DNA from: an uncultured archaeon
Lineage (GTDB): Archaea > Aenigmatarchaeota > Aenigmatarchaeia > GW2011-AR5
Direction of reading: 5' to 3'
NCBI GenBank assembly: GCA_964373695.1
Contig: CAYJVT010000002.1
Coordinates: 1,020 to 65,019, forward strand
DNA length: 64,000 nt
Shown: piece by piece, positions 8,159 to 17,328 of the stretch
How the letters are laid out: each line of letters begins with the position of its first letter
How positions within the stretch are numbered: the stretch's first letter is position 1
Made by a program: the position numbers and the translations under genes
The notes under the pieces: model-generated
The model's input: only the letters and a program-made list of their open reading frames with translations
Databases searched by the model: none
Told to the model about the DNA's origin: nothing

Positions 8159-8310
8159 TGCGGGAGGGCGGATTCGAACCGCCGAACGGACTAACCGACA
8201 AGATTGCCCATCTGGACTTGAGTTTCGCAATCATCCTTCCTGATACTTGCGCCTTTTTCTGCAACCCTTTGCTTGCACAAAGGATTTGACCAGACTTGGC
8301 TACCCCCGCT
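8159..8310 (-). tRNA. Intron-containing class-II tRNA (probably Leu; candidate anticodon CAA)
   Basis: Minus-strand acceptor GCGGGGG/CTCCCGC (one G-U); D-loop AAGTCTGGTCAAA like archaeal tRNA-Leu; T-arm GGCGG-TTCGAAT-CCGCC; discriminator A. 152 nt includes a D-arm hairpin insert CCTTTG-TGCAAG-CAAAGG and a helix GATTGC...GCAATC around a CTCAAG loop. Confidence 0.7.
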
Positions 8311-8335
8311 TCAGTAGAAATTGTTCGTCAAAACA

Positions 8336-9337
8336 TTAAATGCCAATTTTATAGCGCAGAAATGCCGCCATTCCGCCCATGGAAAGCAGCCGCTCACCGG
8401 CCTCGTGGTTGGAATATATTATCTTCACTTCGGCGCCCCTCGCTTCCGCCGTCTTCAGCAGGCTGTCTCTTTCCCTCACGACCTTGTCCGACACAAGGAG
8501 GAGCGAGACGGCCCCCATTTCCACGGCATTTTCCACCTCTTTCGGGCCGTACAGGACCTTTCCGTCTGCGGCCAGGTCAGAAAAAAACTTCTCTACGAGC
8601 CGCGTCTGTTCCGCGACGGCCGAAGATTTCACTATCTTCTCGACAGTGCCGCGGCGCAGGAGCTCCTTGACGCCGGACTCCCCTGTATGCGCTATGCCGT
8701 CCGTCACTATCTTCGTCGCCAGGCCGCCGCCGGATTCCTTTATGAGATTCATCAGGTCATCCTTCGCGAATCCAGGGCCGGCCAGTATTATCCTGAAGCA
8801 ATCCTTGTCCTGCATGTACTCCATGAGCTCGTCGTAGTACTTCTCCTTCCTTTCATGGCCGTATGTCTTCCCGGTGACCCCCCTGAACGACGCAAGCGGC
8901 TGGAGCTTCTCCGTGAGAATGAAGAAATCCGCCTCGCTGTCGTCCATGACGCATATGAGAACCTTGGGATGCTTCACCTTCGCGTCCTCGAGCCTCTGGA
9001 GCTCGTACTTCTTCCATTCCCTCTCTATGGAGACGCTCTCGTTGGGCATTATTTCGAAGGCGTGCCAGCCGCGCTCCCCTTCCGAGCATTCCACTATCTT
9101 CCCGGCGGCCCTGAGCTGGTCGCCCTCGAAATCGACCTTCTCCACCGAAACCCGCACGAATATGCTCTTCCTTACCGATGTGTGGGTGTCGCCGCGCTCT
9201 ATCTTTATGGAACGAAGGGTTTTGCCGCCGACTATGTCGCCCTTTCCGAGAATTTCCGACAAAAGCCATAGGTCGTCCGGATTCTCCGGCACCAGGACGA
9301 CGATGTTGTGCCGGAGGTCCTTCTTTAGGAGCTTCAT
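8336..9337 (-). CDS. pelA: Pelota/Dom34 mRNA-surveillance protein
   Basis: 333 aa with eRF1-like three-domain architecture and no GGQ motif. N-terminus MKLLKKDLRHNIVVLVPENPDDLWLLSEIL is typical of archaeal Pelota. Confidence 0.85.
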   Translation of the reverse strand: MKLLKKDLRHNIVVLVPENPDDLWLLSEILGKGDIVGGKTLRSIKIERGDTHTSVRKSIFVRVSVEKVDFEGDQLRAAGKIVECSEGERGWHAFEIMPNESVSIEREWKKYELQRLEDAKVKHPKVLICVMDDSEADFFILTEKLQPLASFRGVTGKTYGHERKEKYYDELMEYMQDKDCFRIILAGPGFAKDDLMNLIKESGGGLATKIVTDGIAHTGESGVKELLRRGTVEKIVKSSAVAEQTRLVEKFFSDLAADGKVLYGPKEVENAVEMGAVSLLLVSDKVVRERDSLLKTAEARGAEVKIIYSNHEAGERLLSMGGMAAFLRYKIGI

Positions 9338-9383
9338 AGATAAACATGGTAAATTAATATTTTAAGTTCCATAATAACATGCA

Positions 9384-10097
9384 ATGGAATCTGTCAGATA
9401 TGCAATCATGCCCGGTGATGAAACTGAACCGTTCTCATTCTTCTTGCTCAATGCATGGCTCCAGTCAAGAATCGGCACAGGCAATGAAACCGACGGCGAC
9501 GAGGACGTTAACATTTACATTTCAGGCGTTCTTGCCAGAGATGCATTCGGCAGATACAATACCGACAATCCTGAAACGGGTCTGAGAAGGAAAGGCATTG
9601 ATGTCGAATTCGCCGCCGAGTCAGCCGAGACACAAAGGAGAAGATTCGAGATTTACGCAAGGAATGCTGACCTCAGGCTGCTGAATGCCGGCATATACCA
9701 AGACCCAGAAATAACAGGCTGCGGGGACGTGTTTTATGAAAATGCGGCATCTGCCCTGGCGGGAACCAGAATACGAAGCATGATGAAATTATTCCTGGAC
9801 AAACTGGCGTCCGGATACGACACTTACGTCGAGGTCCTGCGCCACATGAAAGCCGTGCATCTCGGCCTGATAGAAAGACTGTCCATAGAGGAAATGGCTG
9901 CGTTCCAGAGCGGGGCGCAGGAAGCGGCAATGCCGTACATGAAGAGGCTGGCATATGGATGGTTCGCAGACGCCTACGCCGATGCAAGGAATGCAACAGA
10001 ACCGGCAGCCCGCGCCGAGGCCGAAGGACGCGCCAACTCGATAGCCGCCCAGCTGAGAGCGATAGATCCGGGCTTCAGGTTCGACGGCTTCCAATAA
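9384..10097 (+). CDS. Hypothetical protein
   Basis: 237-aa ORF in coding-like composition. No recognisable motifs. Confidence 0.5.
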   Translation: MESVRYAIMPGDETEPFSFFLLNAWLQSRIGTGNETDGDEDVNIYISGVLARDAFGRYNTDNPETGLRRKGIDVEFAAESAETQRRRFEIYARNADLRLLNAGIYQDPEITGCGDVFYENAASALAGTRIRSMMKLFLDKLASGYDTYVEVLRHMKAVHLGLIERLSIEEMAAFQSGAQEAAMPYMKRLAYGWFADAYADARNATEPAARAEAEGRANSIAAQLRAIDPGFRFDGFQ

Positions 10098-10142
10098 GGC
10101 TTTAAAGCTTTCTGTAATTACTTACTTCTAAGTGACAAATAT

Positions 10143-11282
10143 ATGGCAGATGAATTTCCAACAATGTTTGTAGCCGGCATCACGATACTTGCGGTGCTGC
10201 TCATCATATTCAACGTCAACACGTTCGTCCAGCCGTCGATATCAGGAACTGGATTCCTGACTAAGGAGAGTTTTGACGAGAAGGACCTGAAAGGCGCGTT
10301 CTTCGCCGGGACCAACTTCACGAACCAGTTCGCGGCTTTCAACTTCGACTTTGCCGTGGACAACCTTGCAGGCGCCAAGACGGCAAGCATAGGCCAGAGA
10401 GAAGTGTCCAACGGCATATTGTTCGGCGAGAAGTCAGTCAGATATACACTGGAGAAAGGCGAATCCGTGACGGTAAAGTTCAGGATAGAAAGCACAAACG
10501 CCCTGACACCGCTCATTTTCAGGCTTAACGGCAATGAATACAAGTATGACCTCAAGGAAGGCATCCATGAAGTGACGATAGACGAGCCCTTCGAAGACGG
10601 AAGCGTGCTTGAAATAACTGCTGCAAGCTCCAGCTGGAAAATATGGGCCCCGTCCCTCTACCGCCTGGATGGAATAAGCATAAACGTGAAGGCGTTCAAG
10701 GAGGATGTCGACCAGTACATATTCAACGTAGGCGACGAGTTCGAGACGCTGCAGGGCGGAAGGATGGACCTGTACCTGAAGGAGAACGCAGGCATACTCA
10801 AGATAGAGCTTAACGGCAAGGTTATATTTGACGGAATAGCGAGGGATTTCCAGCCAATACGCTTCTCCAGCAACGACATAATGAAAGGGCAGAACATACT
10901 CACATTCACGGCCACTCCCGAATCGAAGTTCTCAGGTGAGGCCACGATGGTCCTGTTCTACAAGCATGGCGAGCAGAAGGAAGTGAAGGCGATAATCAAC
11001 CTGACCGAGGCCGAGCAGAAGGCCGTAAAGCGCGGAACTGTAAGGTTCAAGATAGTCGACGTCAGCAAAAACGGCGGCGTCGCCATCCGGATAACGCATG
11101 GCGGCGAGACAACGTTCAGCACTTTCGCCCGCGCAGAGACCGGCACATACTCATTCGAGTTCACGAAAGACGAGGTCAGGCAGGGCATAAGCGTCGTCTC
11201 GATAGAGGCGATAGACGGGGCCTCCTTCCTGGTGAAGGGGCTTGACGTCAAGATAGAGAAGGGTCTTTTTATCAGCTTATGA
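10143..11282 (+). CDS. Hypothetical membrane-anchored/secreted beta-rich protein
   Basis: N-terminal hydrophobic anchor FVAGITILAVLLIIF followed by a beta-strand-rich 350-aa ectodomain. Confidence 0.55.
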   Translation: MADEFPTMFVAGITILAVLLIIFNVNTFVQPSISGTGFLTKESFDEKDLKGAFFAGTNFTNQFAAFNFDFAVDNLAGAKTASIGQREVSNGILFGEKSVRYTLEKGESVTVKFRIESTNALTPLIFRLNGNEYKYDLKEGIHEVTIDEPFEDGSVLEITAASSSWKIWAPSLYRLDGISINVKAFKEDVDQYIFNVGDEFETLQGGRMDLYLKENAGILKIELNGKVIFDGIARDFQPIRFSSNDIMKGQNILTFTATPESKFSGEATMVLFYKHGEQKEVKAIINLTEAEQKAVKRGTVRFKIVDVSKNGGVAIRITHGGETTFSTFARAETGTYSFEFTKDEVRQGISVVSIEAIDGASFLVKGLDVKIEKGLFISL

Positions 11283-11653
11283 GTTGAACGAACATGATTG
11301 GCGACACGCACAGAATGCTCAAGAGAATAAGAAGGGAGACACCTTATGAAGTCCGTGAAGGGAGGGATTCTGAAGGAAATTTATTGTGGAATATTCATTC
11401 CCTTAACTATAATCATGATCCAAACGGCGAAGGCAGCGAGCCGCAAAGAGAATATTTGGGTAATGTAACATCAAAAAATCCAAGACCTTTCCTCAGATTA
11501 TGCTTTGGCAGACCCTATTTCTTTGCCAGAGGCAGCGAAGACGATGCCAGCGAGGAAACTAAAAGAGTAACCAAGATAGCTGGAAAAAACTCAGTTTTCT
11601 ACGAGTAATAAGTTTCTGATTTCCTTTTATTTCTGCGATCCTATATATCATCT

Positions 11654-11863
11654 ATGCAGGACATCCTCGGCGAAATCAAGTCTCTTGAAAACGAGATAAA
11701 ACGCATAAAACTTATGCACTCTATTGGCAAAATATCGCTTGCGGAGTCGAAGAAGGAGATACGCATCCTCGACAGCAGGCTCAAATCCCTCATGAACGGC
11801 CTGCCGGAGAAAGACCGCAGTGAAATCCTTTTCAGGAAGGAATACCATTCTGTGCATTACTGA
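11654..11863 (+). CDS. Small hypothetical coiled-coil protein
   Basis: 69 aa. A same-size ORF exists on the opposite strand; the plus-strand product looks more protein-like. Weak call. Confidence 0.3.
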   Translation: MQDILGEIKSLENEIKRIKLMHSIGKISLAESKKEIRILDSRLKSLMNGLPEKDRSEILFRKEYHSVHY

Positions 11864-11949
11864 CGGTTTCTAACCTTTTTACCACCCTTTTTCCAATAAT
11901 ATTCAGAGAAACAGATAGAATTACTTAGATTAATCTAGAGCGTGGAAAA

Positions 11950-14900
11950 ATGGCAGAACAAGATCGTACAATAGAAGATATAAAAAACGATATTTTGAGT
12001 GAAAAAAGAAATATCAAGAGGAGACTACAAAGTGATGAAGACCCTAGACAAATTGCAGAACAACTCATCTCTAGATACGCATTACGCAATCCACATATTA
12101 CCAATAGGGATTGGATTCATGATGGTGTAGTTTCTGCTATTAATGAGATAATAGGAGAAACTACTGGCACTACAATTGGTGGTGGCCACCCAAAATATAA
12201 CCCCTTACAACATCGTGGCCCTCATTATATAGAAGAAAAACACTTTGTGGTAAAGATACTTCAACCGAATCCGCATAATCCTAGGGAAAATAATATAGAA
12301 CTTCATCAAGAGCCTACAACAGGACAGCAGTTTCATGAAAAAATTGTCTTCGATGCAGAGGTTACAGGCGGCAAAGGACCCTTTAGATATAAATGGGAAG
12401 TCCAGGTATCTGGACAGGGATTTACTACTTGGATTCACTTCTGGCCTTACGATAAAAATGGAATTGCTTATGACTGGAGTGATGAAGTTGACAGCAGGGA
12501 TTATAAATTCTTCAAGGGCGGCCTAGATACCATAAGGAACAACTTCCACTATGCCCAGCCGCTTCATGCCACCCATATGGATGACCCGTGGGCAAGCCTG
12601 CCTCCAGGAACTTATAGGGTGCGCGTAACAGTCAGGGATAGCACAAGAAAAGAAGCCCAGGCGGAAACGACTTTCACCGTCGGCGGCCTGATACCGGATA
12701 AAAATTACATAAAAGCCCATATAACAAGCCCTGCGGAATCCGGACACATCAAGGAAATAGAACTGCATACGGACGTGTCAACAGGGGACCGGTGGCACGA
12801 GGCTGTAACATTCAACTGCGAGGTCACGCACGGCATCACGCCCTACACGTATGAATGGAAGATAGACAACCATACCGTATGGCAGGGCACGAACGACATG
12901 TTCAAAACGTTCCAGAGAGGCGGGCAGAAAAATCCTGTCGCAGAGCCCAATAACTCGGATGCAAACCTTGACATACCGGCCGCAAGCCTCACGGAAGGCA
13001 GGCATGAAATCGTGCTGACAGTCACCGACAGAAGGAGAAATACCGCGACAGCAAAATGTTTCCTGATAGTCACATCAAAGCCAAGGGGGAAAATGCGTGC
13101 TGTAATAACACAGCCGAGAGATGAAGACCCAAAAAAAACTTTCGGCAAAGAGCTCAAGGGGGAAAAGGAAGAATCATATCACGAGCCTATAACATTCGAC
13201 TGCGAAGTTTCCGGCGGCTCCGGCAACTACGACTACAAGTGGACTGCCACTTCAATGGATCAGGATCTCAACGAAACTTCGGCTGAAGTCCCGCTAAATT
13301 TCGTGAGCCGGAAAACTTTCACGAGAGGCGGGCAAACGCATCCTGTAAATAATGAAAACGACCCGCAGGCAAGCCTTAGCGAAGGCCTGTACCAGATAAC
13401 ACTCAAGGTCACCGACATAAACAACACGAACGAAACTGCAGAAGCAACAACATGGATACGCATCGGCGAGGAGGAAGGCACTCATGCGCGCTCCCTTTCA
13501 TCGTACGTCGGGATGAGGCCGGCAGCGGCGCGCATAGGGGGCGGCTGGGCGGGCGGGCCCAGGGGTGCTTACACGAGGCGGCAGGCCATGACAGGAATAG
13601 GAGAACGGGCCATGCACAGGGTGCAGCATCCCATGTCGGGCTCGGGCAGAGCCCTCGGTTTCATCAGAAGCGAGAAGAAGGAAGGGACAGGAACATGGGG
13701 CAAAGAGGGCATCCGCGGAGCTATAAGGTCCAATATTGCAGTGCAATCGGCAGTAAACCAGGGAAAGCGCGAGCTCAACAGGTGGGCCAGGCAGATGTTC
13801 AGCCCGGAATTCCAGAGGCTTCAGCGCGAACTAAGAACCCTCACGGATACATGGAGGAGAAGGAGAAGGGAATGGGTTGATGTAAGAAACCAGGCAAGAA
13901 GGCAGTATGGCAGGTGGAGGGATTATCTTAAAGGGCAGGGGGGAGCTGATGCCCTGACAAATTCAGTCACTATCGCCCAGCAGCGCGGACAGGTAAACGA
14001 GGTCCAGGCCAGGCTCCTCATAGACCAGATAAACCAGGCTTACAACAGGTTCACGAAATCCGAGGAGGAGCTGCTGAATTTCAGCCACAGCAAAGCCAGT
14101 GAATTGCAGACAACCATAAATAACAGGATGGAAAAGGTTGCAGAACAGGTTGCAGGCCGCATCATCTACAGGTTCAAGATAAAAGACGGGGCCGCACAGG
14201 ACGATATAAAAAGTGAGCTGAAAGGAGAGGCCCAGAAAATCGCAACAAGCATGGTGGAGAAGGGCAGGGACACCCTATCGGGGCCGCTTGGAATGATAAG
14301 AAGCGCCTCCATGGGAGCAAAAACGGTAGGCGCCTCCTACTACAGCTTCTGGGAATTCTGGAGGGAAATACTGACAGCACCTTTCATATGGGGAACGCTG
14401 TTCGCAGTCGTCCAGTATTTCTTCATACTTACATATGTAGGCTACAATCCGACATACCTTCTGATATATCCGATAATAACGGCTTTATTCACTTTTCTAG
14501 TTTACTTCGGGGACCTTTTCGAGGGCGGGGCGCGGCCTTTTGACCTGTTCAACCATTTAGCATCGGGTGCCATCATCGGGTACACGGCAGTGCTGCTGAT
14601 GCTGGCCTTCGGATTCCAGACTTTTGTCAGCACCGGATGGTTCTGGGGGATATGGATATTCTTCAGCCTTATCGGCATCTTCCAGTTCTACCATTCAGGC
14701 GGATTCAGGATAGTGCTCCAGGGCGGCGTCATAATCCTCCTCTTCGCGTACATAGCGATGGGGCCGTACTCGGGATACTATCAACAGGTCATAGACCAGG
14801 TAAGAGGGCCTGTTGTCGTCGCGTACGATGCGGTGGAGAAGACGGTCGGCGACGTCTACCTGCTGGCAACGAACCCGACGGAGTGGTACGCCAGGCAGCA

Positions 14901-17034
14901 GGTCCAGAATGTAAGGCCGGAGAAGTCAACTGTCGCGGCGCGGGGACTGGAGATCACGCTGTTCGACGCGCTGCCTGCGAGCGTGCCGGCCGGGCAGCAG
15001 TTCGCAGTTACAGCTGTCCTGAAGCACGAAGGCGTGCTGGACAACGTCACCGACATGAAAGTGGCGTTCTCGTGCAATCAGTGGTGCCTAATTGACGGCG
15101 TCACTGCCACTGATAAAGGCGTAAGCAGGACAAGCAAAGGGGCTTTCATGATAAATAATGCCGTGAATGGCCAGAGCATCCTGCTGAAGGGCGAATCAAT
15201 GGTGGCATCGTTCTCCGGCTTCATTTCAAAATCAGTGACCAACAGGGAGAACGAGTACAGGCTGGCAAAGGTCACGATGAACGTTTCGTACAAATACTCA
15301 ACAACAAGCTCGCTCTTCGTCGAGGTGGTAAACAGCGAGGAGCTCAACAAGAGGACCAACGAGGGAAAGAACTTCAGGAACGTGGTCGCGATAGGCAAGA
15401 ACGGCCCGGCGCAGCTTTCGCTGAACGTGGGACCGCAGCCCCTGATTGCCGGGAAGAACGCTCTGCTGCTTGTGTCCGTATCGAATTCGCGCGACGACAG
15501 TTCCGTAATACTGAATGAAGGAAGCGAAATCACGATAAGGATGCCGCGTTCAGTCGGCAGCGGACTGAACTGCGACGGATTTGTCCATGAAGAGACGGAC
15601 GGATATCCGGACATTACCGGCGTGGAGGTCGTGAGGTACAAAGTCTCGCCGAAGACAGCCGACAGGGTGGAGATAAAGGCCTCGGACTTCAATTCCATAT
15701 TCCCGTTCATATGCAGCTTCACGGCAAATGAAGTACGCGGCGCCGGCCCGCTCACGCAGACAGGGCTCGTGACGGCAGAACTGCCTTCATACGAGTTCAC
15801 GGTCATAAAGGAGAAGGAAGTGCCGGTAACAGTGCCGCTAGGCATCCTGTTCGACTCCAATGAAAGGATTTGCCGTGGAGCCTCAGGCCAAGCCGAATGC
15901 ATCTCGCTTGACAAATGCTATTATGAGGATAAGGGAGCCGCAGAAAGCTCCCTGCTCAGCGACTTGTGCCACTCTTGCGCTCAGGAGCCTACATGCGACC
16001 AGTTCATGTCGCAGGAAAGCTGCGAGCAACAGTCAGTATCGCAGTGCGGCCTCTCCAACTGCGGCTGGGATGCCGACGCGAGGAACGAGATAGGCGTGAC
16101 GACAGGCAAGTGCTTCCAGAAGCCCAACCAAATAAACGGTAACGTGAGGAACGCAATACTTTCAGGCACAATAATTGAAAAAATAATACAGGCGTCGAAA
16201 GCCGCCGGATTTGACAGGGAAGATACGAAGAGGGTGCTTGCCGTGGCGGCGCAGGAGAGCGGATTCAGGATGGTCTCCGGAGACGGCGGCGATTCGGCAG
16301 GAGTTTTCCAGCTGAATAAAAGAGCACATCCGACATGGTTCGACCCCCTGCTGTCCGGATGTCCAGACGGCCAAACCGCCTTAGATGAGGACTGCAACAT
16401 CAAGCTTGGCGTTGACTTCATCAAGAGCCTGCACATCCAGTATTTCAACGACAACCCAAGAACTTATGCCTGTGAGAGAGTATACAGCGGTTGGAACGCA
16501 GTTTTCAGATATTATAATGGATGGAACTCGCCATCCACATGCAATGATTTGACAGTAAGTTATGTAGAGAAAGTAAACGGGTGGCTCACATGCAGGGACA
16601 AGGCAAGCTGTGTTGAAAATGCGATAGTCAGGAATATCGATGATGTACGCGGATATGAGAACTTGATGGAAGCCGTATTCGCAGGGAAAGGGAGTGTGGA
16701 TTTCTGCAGGGAAGCCAGAATCGATATAAACAACAAGGCAAACAGCTGGTCATATGGACAGGGATTGTGTATAGAAGGGGAGGGAGGATGCGAAGGGGAC
16801 GGGCAGTGCGGCAAGCTGTTTAAAGACGTCAGAATAGACACCTCAGGCGTCTGCGTGAAGCCTGGCCATGATAATTATGACGATGTTGCGCATCAATTCG
16901 TGAATGCAGGAAAACTCCAGAGCGGCGCCGGCATCTGCTGCTATTCAGATGAAAGCGGCAACATAAATGCAAACAGGTGCAAAGCCGCTTACAGCCAGTG
17001 GTTCGGCTCATCGCCGTTATTCTCCACTGTATAA
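11950..17034 (+). CDS. Giant (1694 aa) multidomain membrane protein: 3 PKD-like repeats, Gly/Arg-rich linker, multi-TM block, beta-rich ectodomain, lytic-transglycosylase (SLT/GH23)-like domain, Cys-rich tail
   Basis: Three ~130-aa repeats with CEV(T/S)GGxGxYxYKW ... G(T/R)YxVxLTVTD (PKD-like). Five or six TM helices around aa 790–930. SLT signature AVAAQESGF...GDSAGVFQLNK...YSGWNAVFRYYNGWNS. Many Cys in CxxC/CxC arrangements C-terminally. Confidence 0.85.
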   Translation: MAEQDRTIEDIKNDILSEKRNIKRRLQSDEDPRQIAEQLISRYALRNPHITNRDWIHDGVVSAINEIIGETTGTTIGGGHPKYNPLQHRGPHYIEEKHFVVKILQPNPHNPRENNIELHQEPTTGQQFHEKIVFDAEVTGGKGPFRYKWEVQVSGQGFTTWIHFWPYDKNGIAYDWSDEVDSRDYKFFKGGLDTIRNNFHYAQPLHATHMDDPWASLPPGTYRVRVTVRDSTRKEAQAETTFTVGGLIPDKNYIKAHITSPAESGHIKEIELHTDVSTGDRWHEAVTFNCEVTHGITPYTYEWKIDNHTVWQGTNDMFKTFQRGGQKNPVAEPNNSDANLDIPAASLTEGRHEIVLTVTDRRRNTATAKCFLIVTSKPRGKMRAVITQPRDEDPKKTFGKELKGEKEESYHEPITFDCEVSGGSGNYDYKWTATSMDQDLNETSAEVPLNFVSRKTFTRGGQTHPVNNENDPQASLSEGLYQITLKVTDINNTNETAEATTWIRIGEEEGTHARSLSSYVGMRPAAARIGGGWAGGPRGAYTRRQAMTGIGERAMHRVQHPMSGSGRALGFIRSEKKEGTGTWGKEGIRGAIRSNIAVQSAVNQGKRELNRWARQMFSPEFQRLQRELRTLTDTWRRRRREWVDVRNQARRQYGRWRDYLKGQGGADALTNSVTIAQQRGQVNEVQARLLIDQINQAYNRFTKSEEELLNFSHSKASELQTTINNRMEKVAEQVAGRIIYRFKIKDGAAQDDIKSELKGEAQKIATSMVEKGRDTLSGPLGMIRSASMGAKTVGASYYSFWEFWREILTAPFIWGTLFAVVQYFFILTYVGYNPTYLLIYPIITALFTFLVYFGDLFEGGARPFDLFNHLASGAIIGYTAVLLMLAFGFQTFVSTGWFWGIWIFFSLIGIFQFYHSGGFRIVLQGGVIILLFAYIAMGPYSGYYQQVIDQVRGPVVVAYDAVEKTVGDVYLLATNPTEWYARQQVQNVRPEKSTVAARGLEITLFDALPASVPAGQQFAVTAVLKHEGVLDNVTDMKVAFSCNQWCLIDGVTATDKGVSRTSKGAFMINNAVNGQSILLKGESMVASFSGFISKSVTNRENEYRLAKVTMNVSYKYSTTSSLFVEVVNSEELNKRTNEGKNFRNVVAIGKNGPAQLSLNVGPQPLIAGKNALLLVSVSNSRDDSSVILNEGSEITIRMPRSVGSGLNCDGFVHEETDGYPDITGVEVVRYKVSPKTADRVEIKASDFNSIFPFICSFTANEVRGAGPLTQTGLVTAELPSYEFTVIKEKEVPVTVPLGILFDSNERICRGASGQAECISLDKCYYEDKGAAESSLLSDLCHSCAQEPTCDQFMSQESCEQQSVSQCGLSNCGWDADARNEIGVTTGKCFQKPNQINGNVRNAILSGTIIEKIIQASKAAGFDREDTKRVLAVAAQESGFRMVSGDGGDSAGVFQLNKRAHPTWFDPLLSGCPDGQTALDEDCNIKLGVDFIKSLHIQYFNDNPRTYACERVYSGWNAVFRYYNGWNSPSTCNDLTVSYVEKVNGWLTCRDKASCVENAIVRNIDDVRGYENLMEAVFAGKGSVDFCREARIDINNKANSWSYGQGLCIEGEGGCEGDGQCGKLFKDVRIDTSGVCVKPGHDNYDDVAHQFVNAGKLQSGAGICCYSDESGNINANRCKAAYSQWFGSSPLFSTV

Positions 17035-17075
17035 CGGGCACAGCCGCCGGATGAAATCATATCCTGTTTATTTGC

Positions 17076-17185
17076 TTGTTTCACTATAAGGGAAGAATAC
17101 ATCTTCGGCCGTGATGCCTTGCTTGTTTCACATATAGTGCCAAAGAAAAGTATATATTGAATCTTTTCTTTGAGCACTATAAGCA
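17076..17185. repeat. ~100-bp palindromic element, copy A
   Basis: GTTTCACATATAGTGCCAAAGAAAAG-TATATATTGAAT-CTTTTCTTTGAGCACTATAAG, with an upstream partial arm GTTTCACTATAAG. Homologous to the copies at 5529 and 52502. Confidence 0.7.
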
Positions 17186-17328
17186 TTGTATGAATTTTTA
17201 TTCAAAGCCACAGTCTTATATCCCTTCAAATTGACAATATAAACAAAAAGAGAGGCGCCATGCGCAAACGCCTCTCTCCGGCCTGCATGAAAGCGCGGCC
17301 TTGCAGCCCTCCGCGAGGAGTTGGAGGA

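Noticed and set aside
8048-8230. N-terminal 61 residues of ORF 7391..8230
   Set aside because: This part overlaps the minus-strand tRNA at 8159–8310. The conserved AstE/AspA N-terminus begins at the internal Met, so the CDS was shortened to 7391..8047.
11294-11608. 104-aa plus ORF
   Set aside because: Composition and lack of motifs make it doubtful. Could be real but there is no support.
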